Shown: positions 1-10,207 of the stretch, piece by piece
How positions within the stretch are numbered: the stretch's first letter is position 1
Layout: each line of letters begins with the position of its first letter
DNA from: Archangiaceae bacterium
Lineage (GTDB): Bacteria; Myxococcota; Myxococcia; Myxococcales; Myxococcaceae
Direction: 5' to 3'
NCBI GenBank assembly: GCA_043750125.1
Contig: JAYVCD010000348.1
Span: forward strand, 1-23,465
DNA: 23,465 nucleotides
Program-made: the position numbers and the translations under genes
Notes under the pieces: generated by a model
What the model was told of the DNA's origin: nothing
Seen by the model: only the letters and a program-made list of their open reading frames with translations
Database searches by the model: none

Positions 1-1556
1 AACGCCTTCGCATCGGGCAGCCCACTGCCCGCGGTATCCACAGACAGGGTGTGAAGAATGCCAGAGTAGATGTCGCGCTCGTTCGAGAGCACCTTCGCCG
101 CGTCAGGCGTTCCGGTCTCAGGGTCGAAGCCGTAGGTCATGCAGGTGTTCTTGTTGACCCCGCCCAGGACCGTGTTGCCCTTCAACATCGGCGACATCAT
201 GAAGAAGCCGTTGTTGAGATCGTGGCCGGTGCCGAACGTGGTCGCGCCCGCGATTCGCATCTTGGTGCGGCCGAAGTCGGTGGCGACGTAGATCAACGTG
301 CGATCCCAGAACGTCTCGCCGGTGGCCGAGTCGAACACCTCGCCCTTGAGCAGCGTCGCCAGGCGGTCGGTCACGCTCAAAATCCGGTTCCACATCATCG
401 CCTGCGCGCCGCGGTGATCCTGATGCGAGAAGTCGAAGGCCAGCGGAGGGTTCGCCAGGCGGGCGTTCGCGCCCGAGCCAAACAGCAGCAAGTTGAAGTT
501 GGGCCCGATGGTGACCGCGCAGCTGACGCGATTCTTCAGCAACAGGAACGCCGCCGCCGCCTGCGTCTCGAACGGGTCATTGAGGAAGTCGGGAAACACC
601 GCTCGCAACGCCGCCGCTTCCGGCGCCGCGCTCAAGCCGTACTCGGTCAGCGGAACGACGCCCGGCACGTCAGGCAAGATGTTGAGGCGGGTGATGAGAT
701 CCTTCGCTTCCAGACGTTGCTGGGCAGCGCCACGATCTCCAATCCACCGTTTCAGCCGCTCGGACTTCGAGAACGTTTGCGAAAATACCGACTGGGGGTC
801 CAGCTCTTCGTTGCGCACCTTGCGCGCCAACGCGAGCAGCTCTTTGTCCGGAGCGCCTTTCAACCCTTTGCCCCCGTCCAGGCCCAGCGGCCAAAGCTTC
901 GCGTCGGCCACCGACTCGGGGTAGCAGTACAAGGGCAGCGAATCGTCAGCGCCCCGCTCGAGGTACCCACCGGTGCCCATGTTCACGTTGGGAATTGGAA
1001 AATCCGCGCCGTATTCCAGCGCCATCGCTTCCTGCAGCGTGCGGTTGTTCCAGGCCCCGTTGCCCGTGCACGAGCGCTTCTGCGCGATGATGTGATTGAC
1101 GCTGGTCCCGGTGCAGCTGGCGATCAGGATGTTGTCCTTGTACTTCGTCATGAACGGCGCCTGGTCGACGTTGACCGGAATCTGAATCGTCCCCAGGTTC
1201 AACGAGCCGTTGAACTTCACCGACCGCAGCGGCGAATTGGCAATCGAGGCCACCGACGCATCGGGAAAGACGTTGAGCGTGTTCGGCGTCGCGCACTCGG
1301 ACTGCCGCACCGCCATCGCGCTGTCGATGATGCTCGCGCCCCCGCTGGCCGAGATGACGATCAGAAACTTGGCCGGCTTCCCCAGCGCGTCTTTGCGCGC
1401 GTCGGTGTGCCAGCGCTCTTTGCTCTCAGGCGACATCGCCTGCTCTCGGCAGCCCGAGAGGAAGGGGGACATTCCCGCCGCTCCGCCTGCTGCGCATGCC
1501 GACAGCGCCTGCAACATCTCTCGCCGACTCAGCCGTCCGTTGTTTTTCAGGGCCAT
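1..1556 (-). CDS. Tat-exported DUF1501-like (lipo)protein, putative metalloenzyme; 3' end outside window
   Basis: Manual translation (not in ORF track): open from ATG 1556 to the window edge, MALKNNGRLSRREMLQALSACAAGGAAGMSPFLSGC... Twin-Arg motif SRREML, lipobox-like LSGC. C-terminal FDFSHQDH, WDRTLIYVATDFGRT and GTGHD resemble DUF1501 WDxH / TLVxxxSEFGRT / GTDH motifs. Starts 8 nt after the upstream stop, GAGAG RBS. Confidence 0.75.
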   Translation of the reverse strand, partial: MALKNNGRLSRREMLQALSACAAGGAAGMSPFLSGCREQAMSPESKERWHTDARKDALGKPAKFLIVISASGGASIIDSAMAVRQSECATPNTLNVFPDASVASIANSPLRSVKFNGSLNLGTIQIPVNVDQAPFMTKYKDNILIASCTGTSVNHIIAQKRSCTGNGAWNNRTLQEAMALEYGADFPIPNVNMGTGGYLERGADDSLPLYCYPESVADAKLWPLGLDGGKGLKGAPDKELLALARKVRNEELDPQSVFSQTFSKSERLKRWIGDRGAAQQRLEAKDLITRLNILPDVPGVVPLTEYGLSAAPEAAALRAVFPDFLNDPFETQAAAAFLLLKNRVSCAVTIGPNFNLLLFGSGANARLANPPLAFDFSHQDHRGAQAMMWNRILSVTDRLATLLKGEVFDSATGETFWDRTLIYVATDFGRTKMRIAGATTFGTGHDLNNGFFMMSPMLKGNTVLGGVNKNTCMTYGFDPETGTPDAAKVLSNERDIYSGILHTLSVDTAGSGLPDAKA

Positions 1557-1564
1557 GGTTGCTC

Positions 1565-2251
1565 TCAGTAAAAAACAGACTCGACGGAAGTGAGGACTGC
1601 GAAACACGAGAGCGTCATCCACGTCTTCCCGGCCTCGGGCTTGTGGGTGGCCAGAATGTCCGCGTACATCTTCTTCAGCGTCGTGACTTCCGCGTCGGTC
1701 ACCGGACGAAGGACCACCTGCTTGTAGAGAAGATCCAGCGCGGTCTTCACTTCGGCGCTTTCGATGTTGGTCAGCTTTCCGCCCGCGTCAAGGCTCACCG
1801 CCTTGAAGATCAGCGCCGTCGAAGGGGTGGCGAGATCCGCGGTGACCCTCTGAATGCACGCCGACAGAGCAATGCGGTCGACGACAATCGGGGACGTGAG
1901 CCCGGTGAATGCCAGCGGCTCATAGACCCCGATGTTGTAGGGGTCGACTCCGCCGAGGGCCAGATGATGAACAACCGTCGCGCAGGGATACAGCCCCAGC
2001 TCGTTGCAGACCTTGTCCGGCGGCAGCCCGAGGCTCTTGGCGAAGTCGCCGTTGATCCGCTCGTTGCGCTTGAAGCGGACCACGCCTTTGGCCGACGCCG
2101 CGAAGCTCGCAGACCCTCCGCCCGCCCCTCCACCCGCGGCGCCGCCGCCGTCACCCCCGCCCACTCCTCCGCCATCGAGGTCCGGGCCCAACCCCACGGG
2201 ACAACCGGCGAGAGCGAACAGCCCTGCCACCAGCATCGATTTACGGAGCAC
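1565..2251 (-). CDS. Lipoprotein with Gly-rich linker; C-terminus resembles DUF1553/DUF1595-type helical domains
   Basis: Signal MLRKSMLVAGLFALAG-C (lipobox), Gly-rich tether, then LYKQVVLRPVTDAE...WMTLSCFAVLTSVESVFY. Overlaps the upstream gene by 11 nt. Confidence 0.7.
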   Translation of the reverse strand: MLRKSMLVAGLFALAGCPVGLGPDLDGGGVGGGDGGGAAGGGAGGGSASFAASAKGVVRFKRNERINGDFAKSLGLPPDKVCNELGLYPCATVVHHLALGGVDPYNIGVYEPLAFTGLTSPIVVDRIALSACIQRVTADLATPSTALIFKAVSLDAGGKLTNIESAEVKTALDLLYKQVVLRPVTDAEVTTLKKMYADILATHKPEAGKTWMTLSCFAVLTSVESVFY

Positions 2252-3743
2252 CGTAGGCCTCCGTTCGAATCAGCTCATGGAGCATCTTCGCCACCCGGTA
2301 GTTGTGCGTTGTCTTCAGACCCGTCCACAGCTTCACGAACTCTGCGTTCTGCTCGGGCAACGGAGGCTGCCCCATCAGCAGCTTCCAGTAGTCATTCACC
2401 GTCGCCACCACGAACGCATCGGAGTTGGCCGCCACCCCCGCCCACTCTTTGAGCGTGTTGACCGGCTGACCCATGATGAAACCCCGCTCTGGAATCTGGG
2501 TGATGTTGGGCGCCTCGGCCGCAAACGAAGTTTCGATTCGATTCGGCACGTATGTCAGCTGATTGGGCGCCGTCAGTCCGTTGTAATTGCGAAACGGGTA
2601 GCTGAGCGGGTCGAGCGTCGCGTGGCACTGGGTACACAGCGCCTGGGTCACTCCCTTCCCGTCGTAGTCCTTCGGCTCGTTGGCAATCGGGTAGAGGCCT
2701 TCCTGCTTGGCGATGTCGAGGCCGAGGTAGGAACGGTAGGCCTGCGCGGCCGCGTTGCGGGGAAGCGCGGTGAACATCACGTTGTAGGCAAGGCTCCACG
2801 AGCTCGACAGATTGCCCGCGCGATATTGCGCAGCGACGAACTGGGTGGGCAGGCAGAACTTCGCGTACATCCCGGTCTTGATGCAGCTGTTGCCGACGCC
2901 GCATTCCGCATCGGTCAGGTTGGGGCAGGCGACGGGCGCTTTGAAGTAGGTGGTGGGAGGAGCCGAGCGGGCCACGGTGAAGTCCGCGGTCAGCACGTCG
3001 CGCGCGTCGTGGTCATCGGTGCTGGCCCAGGTGAACAGGTGGTAGTCGACGTAGTAGTCGGCGATCGGCGCCAACCTCGGCACCGGCTGGTCTTCGCCGG
3101 ACTTCAAGCTGACCACCGGACGGATTTTCTTGTGCGCCAGCTGCCACAGCTGGCCGTTCTTCCCGCGCCAGAACTCTGACCCGAGGCAGCCGTCGAGCGT
3201 GGTGTCGAGCGTCGCGACTTTCTGCGCGTCGGGGGTCTTGGTGAAAGCCTCGAGCAGGTCGTAGGTGGGCGACGTGCCGCAGAAATCGAGCAGCAGCTTC
3301 CGGTACACGTATTTGTAGTCGTACTTGCAGACCGAGTAGCTGGGGTTGGTGCCTCCTCCACACGGAATGTCCGAAGGAAAGCTCTTCTTGTCCCCGGGGA
3401 ACGTGCCCTTCTGAATTTCGATCAGGTTGGTGACGCCGTCGGCGTCGCTGTCCGCGGCCTCGATCGCAATCAGCGCGCCGTTGAGCGCCGTCGCAAAGTC
3501 CGGGTCCGACAGCGGCCGGGGAACGCTGACCGGGGGCATCTTTGCTCCCAGCGCTGCGCCGAAGTCGTTTTTATCGGGCGGTGAAGTGTGGCAGTAGGTG
3601 CAGGCGGGCTGAGCCCCAACGCACACCGACGAGGTCGGATACCGGGCGCAGAACGTCGTCGCTCCGACTCCGGGCTTCGCCAGTGCAGTCTCCGCACAGA
3701 GGAAAAGCGTCACCGCGCAGAGCGGCCACGAGCCAAGCTTCAT
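2241..3743 (-). CDS. Secreted putative di-heme c-type cytochrome (DUF1588/DUF1585-like C-terminus, TSP3-like Ca-binding loop)
   Basis: Sec signal (..ETALA/KP), two CxxCH motifs (CTYCH, CTQCH), DSDADGVTNLIEIQKGTFPGD acidic loop, CTQCHATLDPLSYPFRNY resembling DUF1588. Strong SD (GGGGAGG) upstream of ATG 3743. Confidence 0.75.
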   Translation of the reverse strand: MKLGSWPLCAVTLFLCAETALAKPGVGATTFCARYPTSSVCVGAQPACTYCHTSPPDKNDFGAALGAKMPPVSVPRPLSDPDFATALNGALIAIEAADSDADGVTNLIEIQKGTFPGDKKSFPSDIPCGGGTNPSYSVCKYDYKYVYRKLLLDFCGTSPTYDLLEAFTKTPDAQKVATLDTTLDGCLGSEFWRGKNGQLWQLAHKKIRPVVSLKSGEDQPVPRLAPIADYYVDYHLFTWASTDDHDARDVLTADFTVARSAPPTTYFKAPVACPNLTDAECGVGNSCIKTGMYAKFCLPTQFVAAQYRAGNLSSSWSLAYNVMFTALPRNAAAQAYRSYLGLDIAKQEGLYPIANEPKDYDGKGVTQALCTQCHATLDPLSYPFRNYNGLTAPNQLTYVPNRIETSFAAEAPNITQIPERGFIMGQPVNTLKEWAGVAANSDAFVVATVNDYWKLLMGQPPLPEQNAEFVKLWTGLKTTHNYRVAKMLHELIRTEAYGAP

Positions 3744-3963
3744 TGGTGAAACCTCCCCTTCGTTCGACCCGAGCGCGTCAACGTAGCGATTGATTCTTCA
3801 AAAGACACAGCTCGGCCGATCAACGCAAAGCCATCGAAAACAAAATAGTCGCCATCGTGTGCGCAGATACGCACCGACGCAGATCGCATTTCAAATCAGC
3901 CGGTGCCGATCCGCAGAAAGTCCGATAGAAAAAAGTTATTCTCGCCGCGCTCTCTTTCCCCAC

Positions 3964-4992
3964 ATGCCGCTTCTTCTCGCCGAACTTCAGGACAGATTTC
4001 GCGCGGCCTTTCTGGGCTTCGCGGTGGGCGATGCCCTGGGGTTTCCCTACCGGGGCCTTCCTCCTGCGAGCGCAGCGCGCGGGTTGAGCCTCGCCGATGA
4101 CTTCGCCCCCCGCCCTCGCGGGCGCTTCGCAAAGGGGCAATTTTCCGACGACACCCAGGTGATGCTCGCCGTCGCCGAGAGCGTCGCGAAGAGCCGGCGC
4201 ATCGAAGGCCGCAGCGCGGCGCAGCACCTGTCCTGGCTCTGGCAAGAGGGAGTCATCTTGTTGCCCCCGCCTTCCACCACCCGCGCGGCCGAGGCCTTGC
4301 TCAGCGGCACCCCGTGGATGAGCGCGGGCGCCGAGCTCGGAGTGCGAGACCCTTCCTGCCTTTCGCGCGGAGTCGTGCTCGGCCTGTGGAGCGAAGTGTC
4401 TCCGGTGAAGCTGGCCCACGACGCTTCGGTGGTGACGGTGATGACCCACAAGGACCAGGTCTGCGCCGCCGCAGCCTGCGCCGTCGCGCGCGCGGTGCAG
4501 CTGGGACTTTCCGGCGAGAGCCTCGAGCCCACTGCGTTCTGCGAAGAAGTCGCCAAAGCCGCCAGCGGCTGCGACGCCGACCTCGCCGATGAGATTTTCT
4601 ACCTTCCCCGGGTGCTCAGCTGGGACGGAGATCGCGCCCTTCAGGCCTTGCGCCGCATCGCGATGCCGCAGGCGCAGCTGGATGCCGAACCCGGAATTCC
4701 TGCCCACGTCACCCCGGTGTTGCTCTGCGCGCTCTACGCCGCGCTCAAAATTCCCTACGACGTGCGGGCCGCGCTCAACCTGTTGCTGCGGTGCGGAGGC
4801 GAGGTCGATGTCGCCGCGGGCGTGTGCGGCGCGGTGCTCGGAGCAACGCTTGGAACCCAGGCCATTCCAGCGCGGCTGAAGAAGAACCTGCTCTACGCCG
4901 ACGAGGTCCTCGACTCTGCCGACCGACTCTTCGATGCACGGCTGGCGCGGGAGCCGGTTCGACTGCCGGTGCTCGCTGCTTCGAAGCGCTGA
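3964..4992 (+). CDS. ADP-ribosylglycohydrolase (DraG/ARH) family protein
   Basis: GFAVGDALG, GQFSDDTQ, MTH and GAVLGA motifs. Start placed at ATG 3964 (MPLLLAELQDRF) because the ORF-track extension is intergenic-like. Confidence 0.85.
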   Translation: MPLLLAELQDRFRAAFLGFAVGDALGFPYRGLPPASAARGLSLADDFAPRPRGRFAKGQFSDDTQVMLAVAESVAKSRRIEGRSAAQHLSWLWQEGVILLPPPSTTRAAEALLSGTPWMSAGAELGVRDPSCLSRGVVLGLWSEVSPVKLAHDASVVTVMTHKDQVCAAAACAVARAVQLGLSGESLEPTAFCEEVAKAASGCDADLADEIFYLPRVLSWDGDRALQALRRIAMPQAQLDAEPGIPAHVTPVLLCALYAALKIPYDVRAALNLLLRCGGEVDVAAGVCGAVLGATLGTQAIPARLKKNLLYADEVLDSADRLFDARLAREPVRLPVLAASKR

Positions 4993-5040
4993 ATTTCTCT
5001 GGGGAAATACCGAGCCTCGTTTTTTTTCGCCCCCAGGGAC

Positions 5041-5068
5041 TTGCGCGCAGCATTGGGTGTTGGAAAAT
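5041..5068 (+). promoter_or_regulatory. Putative sigma70-type promoter for the small transcript
   Basis: TTGCGC (5041-5046), 16-nt spacer, GAAAAT (5063-5068), ending 6 nt before the first hairpin. Confidence 0.4.
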
Positions 5069-5074
5069 GCACGA

Positions 5075-5211
5075 GCCCTACGGGGCCGAAGGAGGTGGTG
5101 CCTTGATGATAGACAGTCAAAGCGCGACCTTCTCTGCGGGTCAGTAAAACCGCGGAGGAGTCGCAACCGCATTACGGAGCCGCCTTCGAAGTTTGAGGGC
5201 GGCTCTTTTTT
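5075..5211 (+). ncRNA. Candidate small RNA or sORF mRNA with three stem-loops
   Basis: SL1 GCCC-TACG-GGGC (5075-5086, cUNCGg tetraloop); AAGGAGGTG (5089-5097); ORF 5106-5147 MIDSQSATFSAGQ; long SL2 5124-5164; terminator 5177-5211. Confidence 0.6.
5177..5211 (+). terminator. Rho-independent terminator
   Basis: GAGCCGCCTTC / GAGGGCGGCTC 11-bp stem followed by TTTTTT on the + strand. Confidence 0.8.
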
Positions 5212-5458
5212 ATTCGCGGCCTACGTCTTGATGCGCGAGCAGCCGGGCGATCACCGCATCCGCGCCGACGAACAACTTCTCGCCGTCCCACAGCGCCGGC
5301 ACCGTTCCATCGCCGCCAACCGCTTTGAGCTTCGCCATCGGCTCATCGAAGGCCACGTTCCGGAATTTCACTTCGCCCATCAGCTCGCGATCCCCCACGA
5401 ACTTCCGCACCCGCGCGCTGCCCGCATCCACAATCTGGTGGAACAGCTCGAACGACAT
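5210..5458 (-). CDS. Small glutaredoxin/GST-N-like thioredoxin-fold protein without cysteines
   Basis: 82 aa; ELFH..SARVRKFV, GGDGTVPALWDGEKLFVGADAVIARL match the Grx/GST-N VP-containing layout. TGATG overlap with atpC. Confidence 0.65.
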   Translation of the reverse strand: MSFELFHQIVDAGSARVRKFVGDRELMGEVKFRNVAFDEPMAKLKAVGGDGTVPALWDGEKLFVGADAVIARLLAHQDVGRE

Positions 5459-5862
5459 CAGCGCCTTGAGGCGAGCTCTAAGCGGACCTGGGCCTTCTTC
5501 ACCACGTCCGCCTGCGCCTGGTACGCGGGCAGCGACGGGGAAATCTCGAGCAGCTTTCCTTCTGCGTCGGTGACGGCTTTCTGCGCGCCCGGAAGATCGA
5601 TGCTCTCCAGCGGCTCGGCGACATCGGCCAACACCCGCACCACGTCGTCGGCGACTTCGCAGAACCCGCCCGCGACGAAGAAGCGCTTCTCGATTCCCCC
5701 CGCCTCTTTGACGGTCAACAACCCCGGCTGGAGCACGGCAAGATAGGCGGTGTGGCCCGGACGAACGCCGAACAGCCCGTCGAAGCCCGGGGCGATGACT
5801 TCCTCCGCCTCGACCTGAACCAGGCGCCGCTCGGGAGTGACGACTTCGACCTTGAGCGCCAT
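5458..5862 (-). CDS. atpC: F1 ATP synthase epsilon subunit
   Basis: LKVEVVTPER, GLFGVRPGH, FFVAGGFCEV; directly downstream of atpD. Confidence 0.97.
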   Translation of the reverse strand: MALKVEVVTPERRLVQVEAEEVIAPGFDGLFGVRPGHTAYLAVLQPGLLTVKEAGGIEKRFFVAGGFCEVADDVVRVLADVAEPLESIDLPGAQKAVTDAEGKLLEISPSLPAYQAQADVVKKAQVRLELASRR

Positions 5863-5866
5863 CGCC

Positions 5867-8137
<2,271 letters not shown>

Positions 8138-8147
8138 TCAGCGCTCC

Positions 8148-8918
8148 TTGATGCGCGCGCTCTTCCTCCTGGGTCTGCTGGTCGCTGGTTGCGCACTCGC
8201 GTCCGAGCAGCCGTTGAGCTTCACGCTGACCGGGCCCGCGCTGGACGCCGGTACGCGAGAGGCATTTGTCTCGACGACGCCACGTTTCGGCCGGCCCGAG
8301 GAGTTCATCCGTTTCGACAACCGGGTCGGACTGAATTACGGCCTGGGCCACCGACTCGAGTCGCAACTGCTGATCGCGTTCTTCAACACCCAGGAAGCGG
8401 TCCAGGGCGTATCCACCGGGTTTGGGGTGCAAACCCGGCTGCGCTGGCAGCCGCTGGATTCACGCACCGACCCGGTGGGGTTGAACCTCGTGGCGACCCT
8501 GGGCGCAGCCAACGACTCACTCTTCTTCGAGGGTCGCCTCGGCGCCGAAGCGCGGCTGGGAAACTTTCTGTTCGCCCTCAATCTGAGCGTCGATGACTCG
8601 GTTCAGCGCGCCGACGTTCCGGGGCCCCAACTGCACACCGAGCAGACCGGAGGCATCGCCTACCGCCTGCCGAACAACTTCACCACCGGGTTCGAAGTGC
8701 GGAACCGAGTGGGCTTCGACCGCGGGACCTACTTCGGCGACGCTGTCTTCGCCGGCCTGGTATTCGGTTGGAAAGGCAAAAACGGGTGGTTCTCATTGGC
8801 GGCGTTGCCCCAGGTTGCGGCGATCAAGGCCCACTCGCAGGTCGGCAACGGCGAAGCGCTCGAGCTGCGCGACAACGAGCGCGTCGTGTTGCGGCTGCAG
8901 CTCGGGTTCGATTTCTAG
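8148..8918 (+). CDS. Putative outer-membrane beta-barrel protein
   Basis: Signal peptide, alternating amphipathic beta-strands, C-terminal VVLRLQLGFDF ending in Phe. Start TTG 8148 or ATG 8151. Confidence 0.7.
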   Translation: MMRALFLLGLLVAGCALASEQPLSFTLTGPALDAGTREAFVSTTPRFGRPEEFIRFDNRVGLNYGLGHRLESQLLIAFFNTQEAVQGVSTGFGVQTRLRWQPLDSRTDPVGLNLVATLGAANDSLFFEGRLGAEARLGNFLFALNLSVDDSVQRADVPGPQLHTEQTGGIAYRLPNNFTTGFEVRNRVGFDRGTYFGDAVFAGLVFGWKGKNGWFSLAALPQVAAIKAHSQVGNGEALELRDNERVVLRLQLGFDF

Positions 8919-8924
8919 AAAAAC

Positions 8925-9326
8925 TCAGGCTTCGACTTTCGGCTTGTCGGTCTCGGGCCGCCTCTTTTCCTGCTCGGCGAGATCGTTTTTGACCTTGTTC
9001 ATGTCCAGCTTTGTGACCTGTTCGATGATGCCCTCGAGCGCGGCTGCAGGCAGTGCGCCCGCTTCGCTGTAGAGGAGGATTCCGTCTCGAAAGATGGCGA
9101 GGGTGGGAATGCTGCGAATGTCGAAGGCCGCGGCCAGCGACTTCTGCGCCTCGGTGTCGACCTTCCCGAACACCATGTCCGGGTGCTTGCCCGCGGCCGC
9201 CTCGTAGATGGGACCAAAAGATCGACACGGTCCGCACCAGGCGGCCCAGAAGTCGATCAACAGGGTGCCGCCCTTCTTCAGGTGCTCTTCGAAATTTGCT
9301 TCGGTCAACTCGATTGCGGTGGCCAT
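8925..9326 (-). CDS. trxA: Thioredoxin
   Basis: IDFWAAWCGPC, IRSIPTL. ATG 9326 preceded by GGAAGGAG. Confidence 0.92.
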   Translation of the reverse strand: MATAIELTEANFEEHLKKGGTLLIDFWAAWCGPCRSFGPIYEAAAGKHPDMVFGKVDTEAQKSLAAAFDIRSIPTLAIFRDGILLYSEAGALPAAALEGIIEQVTKLDMNKVKNDLAEQEKRRPETDKPKVEA

Positions 9327-9398
9327 GAACGCTCCTTCCAGGCAGAGGGTTACGCTCAGATAGCGCCGGGCGCGACCCGATGCCACCTCAGGGTTTGA

Positions 9399-10103
9399 TC
9401 AGAAAATGCTTCCGGCCCGCCGGCGGGGATCGCTTTCCACCACCGGCTCTTCCAGGCGGCCCAACCGAAGTACGTTCTCGAGCCGCGCCAGTCGTTCGAC
9501 CAGCACTTCTTGCTGGTGGGTCAGCGCGCGCAGCACGTCGGCGACCGGGTCAGGAAGCGTGGCGTGGTCCAGGGTGTCGTGCGGCGCCGGGCCGTTGCGG
9601 ACCACGCGGCCGGGGACACCGACGACGGTCGCTCCGGCGGGGACGTCGCTAATCACCACCGAGCCGCTGCCGATGCGCGCGCCTTCCCCGACGACGATCG
9701 CCCCGAGCACGCAGGCGTTGCTGCCCACCGTGACGTTGCGCTGCAGATGCGGGTGACGTTGCTTTCGTTCGACCGACGTTCCACCCAGCACCACGCCTTT
9801 GTAGATGATGCAGCCGGTCTCGATGATCGCCGTCTCGCCAATCACCACTCCCATTCCGTGGTCGATGAAGACTCCGTCGGCGATCTGCGCGCCGGGGTGA
9901 ATCTCGACCCCGGTGAGGAATCGGGCCTGGTGCGAAACCACCCGGGCGGTCAGCGTGCGCTTTCTCTTCCACAGCAGGTGAGCCACCCGGTGCAGCCAAA
10001 GCGCATGCACTCCCGGGTAGGCCAGCAGGACCTCGAGGGAACCCCGGGCGGCAGGGTCATTCTTGAGGGCGGCTTCGATGTCGCGGCGCAACACGTTGAA
10101 CAT
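9399..10103 (-). CDS. cysE: Serine O-acetyltransferase
   Basis: NDPAARG, YPGVHAL, TGVEIHPGA, FIDHGMGVVIGETA, RHP, VVGVPGRVV. Confidence 0.95.
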   Translation of the reverse strand: MFNVLRRDIEAALKNDPAARGSLEVLLAYPGVHALWLHRVAHLLWKRKRTLTARVVSHQARFLTGVEIHPGAQIADGVFIDHGMGVVIGETAIIETGCIIYKGVVLGGTSVERKQRHPHLQRNVTVGSNACVLGAIVVGEGARIGSGSVVISDVPAGATVVGVPGRVVRNGPAPHDTLDHATLPDPVADVLRALTHQQEVLVERLARLENVLRLGRLEEPVVESDPRRRAGSIF

Positions 10104-10154
10104 GGGAGCCGCCTAGCCGACCACGGACCCGCGTGATCCAACAAGGGCCGTCTG

Positions 10155-10202
10155 TTGACCTCCCACCGGCCTTAGTATATTAAGTCTATCGATTTAGTAG
10201 AC
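10155..10202 (+). promoter_or_regulatory. sigma70-type promoter and palindromic Rrf2-type operator
   Basis: TTGACC (10155-10160), AT-rich -10 region TATATTAA (10176-10183), inverted repeat GTCTA-N9-TAGAC (10184-10202) just upstream of the Rrf2 ATG. Confidence 0.7.
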
Positions 10203-10207
10203 AATCC

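Noticed and set aside
51-1571. 506-aa plus-strand ORF
   Set aside because: Antisense shadow of the minus-strand DUF1501-like gene; Arg-rich and without recognisable motifs.
2095-2180. G/C-rich low-complexity tract
   Set aside because: Encodes the Gly/Ala linker of the lipoprotein; not a separate repeat element.
3838-3856. sigma54-like site on the minus strand (TGGCGA-N5-TTGT) upstream of the cytochrome operon
   Set aside because: Has GT instead of the conserved GC at -12; too weak to call.
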